The notes below the pieces were generated by a model. The model was not told where the DNA came from and did no database searches. It was given only the letters and a program-made list of their open reading frames with translations. Below, piece by piece: positions 29,630 to 32,000 of a stretch of 32,000 nt of DNA. Each line of letters opens with the position of its first letter. Positions within the stretch are counted from its first letter, which is position 1. This DNA comes from Bifidobacterium longum subsp. longum JCM 1217 (GTDB lineage Bacteria; Actinomycetota; Actinomycetes; Actinomycetales; Bifidobacteriaceae), in the NCBI RefSeq assembly GCF_000196555.1, contig NC_015067.1, positions 2,070,001 to 2,102,000 of the forward strand, in the 5' to 3' direction. The position numbers and the translations under genes are program-made.

Positions 29630-30720
29630 CGCGCGCCTCCTGCGGTGGTTTCGCTCCCGCCGGCTGGAGCTGCCGAGCGTAGCGAGGCTGAGGGTGGTTC
29701 AGCGCCCTCGGGCCACCCCCAGTCAGCCTGCGGCTGACAGCCCCCGCCAGCGGGGGCGGAGTTGGGGTTGGCGTCTGTCTGGTGCAGACGGCCGTCCTGC
29801 ATCATTACGGTACGGCCGCAGAACGAAGCGACGTTGGGGTCGTGGGTGACGACGACCACGGCGGAACCGTTGTCCCGCGCGGCGGCCATGAGAATGCCCA
29901 TGACCTCGCGGCCGGTGGCTTGGTCGAGCGCGCCGGTCGGCTCGTCGGCGAAGACCACGGCAGGTTTGACGGCGAGTGCACGGGCGATGGCGATGCGCTG
30001 CATCTGTCCGCCGCTCATCTCCCCCGGCCGGTGCGTGGCGAGCGCGCGCAATCCCATGCGTTCCAGCCACAGGATCGCCGTGTCGGTGGCGGTGCGGTAG
30101 GGCATGCCGTCAAGCATCATCGGCAGGGCGATGTTTTCGACCGCCGGCAGTTCGGGCAGCAGCTGGCCGGACTGGAAGACGAAGCCGAAGTCGTTGCGGC
30201 GCAGTTTGGTGCGCTCGGCGTCGCTCATGCGGCTCAGGTCGGCACCACGGAAGATGACGGTGCCGGCGGTCGGCTTAATGATGCCGGCGAGCGCGTGCAG
30301 CAAAGTGGATTTGCCGGAGCCGGACGGGCCCATCACGGCTACCGTCTCGCCCTCCCGGAGCGTGAAGTTCACGTGGTTCAGGGCGAGCGTGTGCATGGTC
30401 GGCATGGCGAAGCCGGGCTGGGCTGGCTGGGATGGCTGGCCGGCCTGAATGGCACCCGGTCCGGCCGCAGCGGGATTCGCCGACGCATAACCGGCTCCCG
30501 TGCCGGCTGGTATCACGCCGGTGACGCCGTGCCCGGCCTGTGCGCGGGCCATGCTGGCGGTGTAGTCCATGACCAGGTCGTGCGCCTCGATGACCGGGGC
30601 CCACTGCTGGGTGTGCGATGCCGGCTGCTGGAACTGTTGGGGTTGCTGAGACTGCTGAGGCTGAGCCGCCGGTCCCGGCGCCGGCTGAGGCTGCTGCAAT
30701 TGCGATGCTGCTGTATTCAT
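29626..30720 (-). CDS. ABC transporter ATP-binding protein (MacB/LolD-like ATPase partner of an FtsX permease) with low-complexity additions
   Basis: Walker A is GPSGSGKST, the signature motif is MSGGQMQRIAIARAL and Walker B is VVFADEPTGALD. The first 41 aa form a Gln/Pro-rich N-terminus. A Gly/Ala/Pro insertion of about 55 aa separates VIEAHDLVMDY from HTLALNHVNFTL. A 50-aa non-conserved tail follows at the C-terminus. Confidence 0.88.
   Translation of the reverse strand: MNTAASQLQQPQPAPGPAAQPQQSQQPQQFQQPASHTQQWAPVIEAHDLVMDYTASMARAQAGHGVTGVIPAGTGAGYASANPAAAGPGAIQAGQPSQPAQPGFAMPTMHTLALNHVNFTLREGETVAVMGPSGSGKSTLLHALAGIIKPTAGTVIFRGADLSRMSDAERTKLRRNDFGFVFQSGQLLPELPAVENIALPMMLDGMPYRTATDTAILWLERMGLRALATHRPGEMSGGQMQRIAIARALAVKPAVVFADEPTGALDQATGREVMGILMAAARDNGSAVVVVTHDPNVASFCGRTVMMQDGRLHQTDANPNSAPAGGGCQPQADWGWPEGAEPPSASLRSAAPAGGSETTAGGAR
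29713..29757. repeat. GC-rich two-hairpin palindromic element (REP-like), copy C, lying inside the 3' tail of the ABC ATPase ORF
   Basis: CCACCCCCA, then GTCAGCC-TGC-GGCTGAC (29722-29738), then GCCCCCG-CCAG-CGGGGGC (29740-29757). The architecture is the same as copy A reverse-complemented. Confidence 0.55.
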
Positions 30721-30830
30721 ACTCCCGAGCGTACGGAGCGAACGCCCAGCCGACCATCGGGCTGCGGTATGAACCTTTCTGGATTACCGGCCCGCTCCTC
30801 ATCCGCAAGGATTAGAGATACGCAAATGAT

Positions 30831-30866
30831 TAATGACCGGCAACCACTATTCGGTGCCGGTCATTA
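30831..30866 (-). terminator. Stem-loop downstream of the Maf-NUDIX gene
   Basis: A 12-bp perfect stem, TAATGACCGGCA/TGCCGGTCATTA, with a 12-nt loop, starting 29 nt after the stop codon at 30895. There is no clear U-tract. Confidence 0.4.
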
Positions 30867-30894
30867 TGAGCATTGCATTCAGGCGCTACGCGCA

Positions 30895-32000
30895 TTATTG
30901 CGCGGTAGCCAACTCGTCCAGGCGGGCGGCGAAGCGGGGCCAGTCGGTCTTCATAGCGGTGAGGAGCTTGCGGTTGGGCACGTCGTCAATCGGGACCCAG
31001 CAGATTTCCATGCTTTCGTCGTCGTTTGCCTTGGGCTCGACGGTGTGGCCGGGCTTTTCGAAGGCAAACACGGTGGTGTAGGCCCACGGGCCGTGGTCCT
31101 CGCGGTAGGAGCCGACCACCTCGATGTCTTCGGGGGTGATGTTGGCTTCCTCGTAGCTTTCGCGCAGCGCGCCTTCGATGGACGATTCGCCGTCCGCAGT
31201 GGCACCGCCGGGGATACCCCACGTGCCACCTTCGGCGCTCCACGCGGCACGGTGCTGCATGACCACGTGAGTCACCTTGCCGCTCGCCGGGTCGCGGCGA
31301 GCCAGCAGAATGCCGGACGCACCGTTGGTGCCCCAATGCTTGCGGCCGCAGGCGCAGTCCACCCAGCCATCGCCGGGCTGGTGTACGTTTTCGACCGGCG
31401 GCAGAATGCCAGCGTGCTGGTTGCCCGATGCCTTGCTTTCCGGTTCCAGTTCACCACGGCCGACATTCCACAGGTCAGTCCACGTGATGCCCAGTTCGCC
31501 GGCCAGATGCCGGGCCAGCGGCAAGCTGAGGCCGATGATGCCGTGCGGATCGCCCTCAATACTGTCGATGAACGCACCACCGAAGCCTTCCAGCGTGAAC
31601 GATCCGGCGACTTCCAGCGGCTCGCCAGTGGCAATGTACCGTTCGACGTCGGCATCGGTGAATTCGCCGAAATGGACTTTGGCGTGGCTTGCGCCGCGCA
31701 CGGTACGCCCGGTCGCGAAATCGATCAGGCAGTGGCCGGTCCACAGTTCGCCGGTCGCGCCGCTCATGCGCTTCAGTCGTTCGCGGGCCACGGCTTCGCT
31801 GTGCGGCTTGCCGTAGCATTCGCCGCCCAAGAGGAACATCGAATCACAGCCGAGAATCAGCGGGCCGACTGTCGCCTCGGTCAGTCCCGGCTGTCCGGCA
31901 ATAGCGGTGGCGATGGGTTCGGTGACGGTCGGCATATCGATGCCGGAGAAGTCGCGCGTGGTGGCGATTTCCGCCTTGGAATAGTCAATGGGCTTGCCAG
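30895..32000 (-). CDS. Maf-like nucleotide pyrophosphatase fused to a C-terminal NUDIX hydrolase domain. The N-terminus lies beyond the right edge.
   Basis: The Maf C-terminal half is ...AGSFTLEGFGGAFIDSIEGDPHGIIGLSLPLARHL. The Nudix box is GGATADGESSIEGALRESYEEANI (GX5EX7REXXEEX(N)I). Hand translation shows the frame stays open upstream of the listed Met (…GKPIDYSKAEIATTRDFSGIDMPTV…) as far as position 32000. Confidence 0.85.
   Translation of the reverse strand, partial: GKPIDYSKAEIATTRDFSGIDMPTVTEPIATAIAGQPGLTEATVGPLILGCDSMFLLGGECYGKPHSEAVARERLKRMSGATGELWTGHCLIDFATGRTVRGASHAKVHFGEFTDADVERYIATGEPLEVAGSFTLEGFGGAFIDSIEGDPHGIIGLSLPLARHLAGELGITWTDLWNVGRGELEPESKASGNQHAGILPPVENVHQPGDGWVDCACGRKHWGTNGASGILLARRDPASGKVTHVVMQHRAAWSAEGGTWGIPGGATADGESSIEGALRESYEEANITPEDIEVVGSYREDHGPWAYTTVFAFEKPGHTVEPKANDDESMEICWVPIDDVPNRKLLTAMKTDWPRFAARLDELATAQ

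Overview
This is a high-GC actinobacterial chromosome segment. From memory, the 16S rRNA on the minus strand matches the Bifidobacterium longum group, but I could not verify that here.

The content is overwhelmingly core housekeeping:
- a biotin cluster: an edge-truncated fused biotin carboxylase/BCCP acyl-CoA carboxylase alpha subunit that is missing from the ORF track, plus bioY and birA
- a 681-aa polytopic membrane protein whose stop overlaps the start of a PucR-type regulator
- two tandem IclR regulators
- a complete rrn operon (16S-23S-5S, minus strand, no tRNA in the spacer)
- rplK-rplA and tRNA-Trp-secE-nusG
- an aspartate aminotransferase
- rplU-rpmA-obgE-proB
- a 1023-aa RNase E/G with a charge-block N-terminal extension of about 540 aa
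- dapE and an AEC-family permease
- an FtsX-type ABC pair
- a Maf-NUDIX fusion that runs off the right edge

From about 6.8 to 27 kb every gene, including rrn, is on the minus strand.

I found no CRISPR array, transposase, integrase, phage gene, toxin-antitoxin pair or recognisable defence gene. I therefore cannot support a claim of a new multi-gene system.

The signals left unexplained are mostly non-coding:
- a 162-bp AT-richer element bounded by 22-bp inverted repeats, in a convergent gap (28011-28172)
- a three-copy family of GC-rich two-hairpin, REP-like palindromic elements, one of which sits inside the 3' tail of the ABC ATPase ORF
- a long, structured bioY leader with mutually exclusive pairings around the ribosome-binding site
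- duplicated promoter-like boxes and a 14-bp palindrome upstream of rrn
- several low-complexity insertions in otherwise conserved proteins
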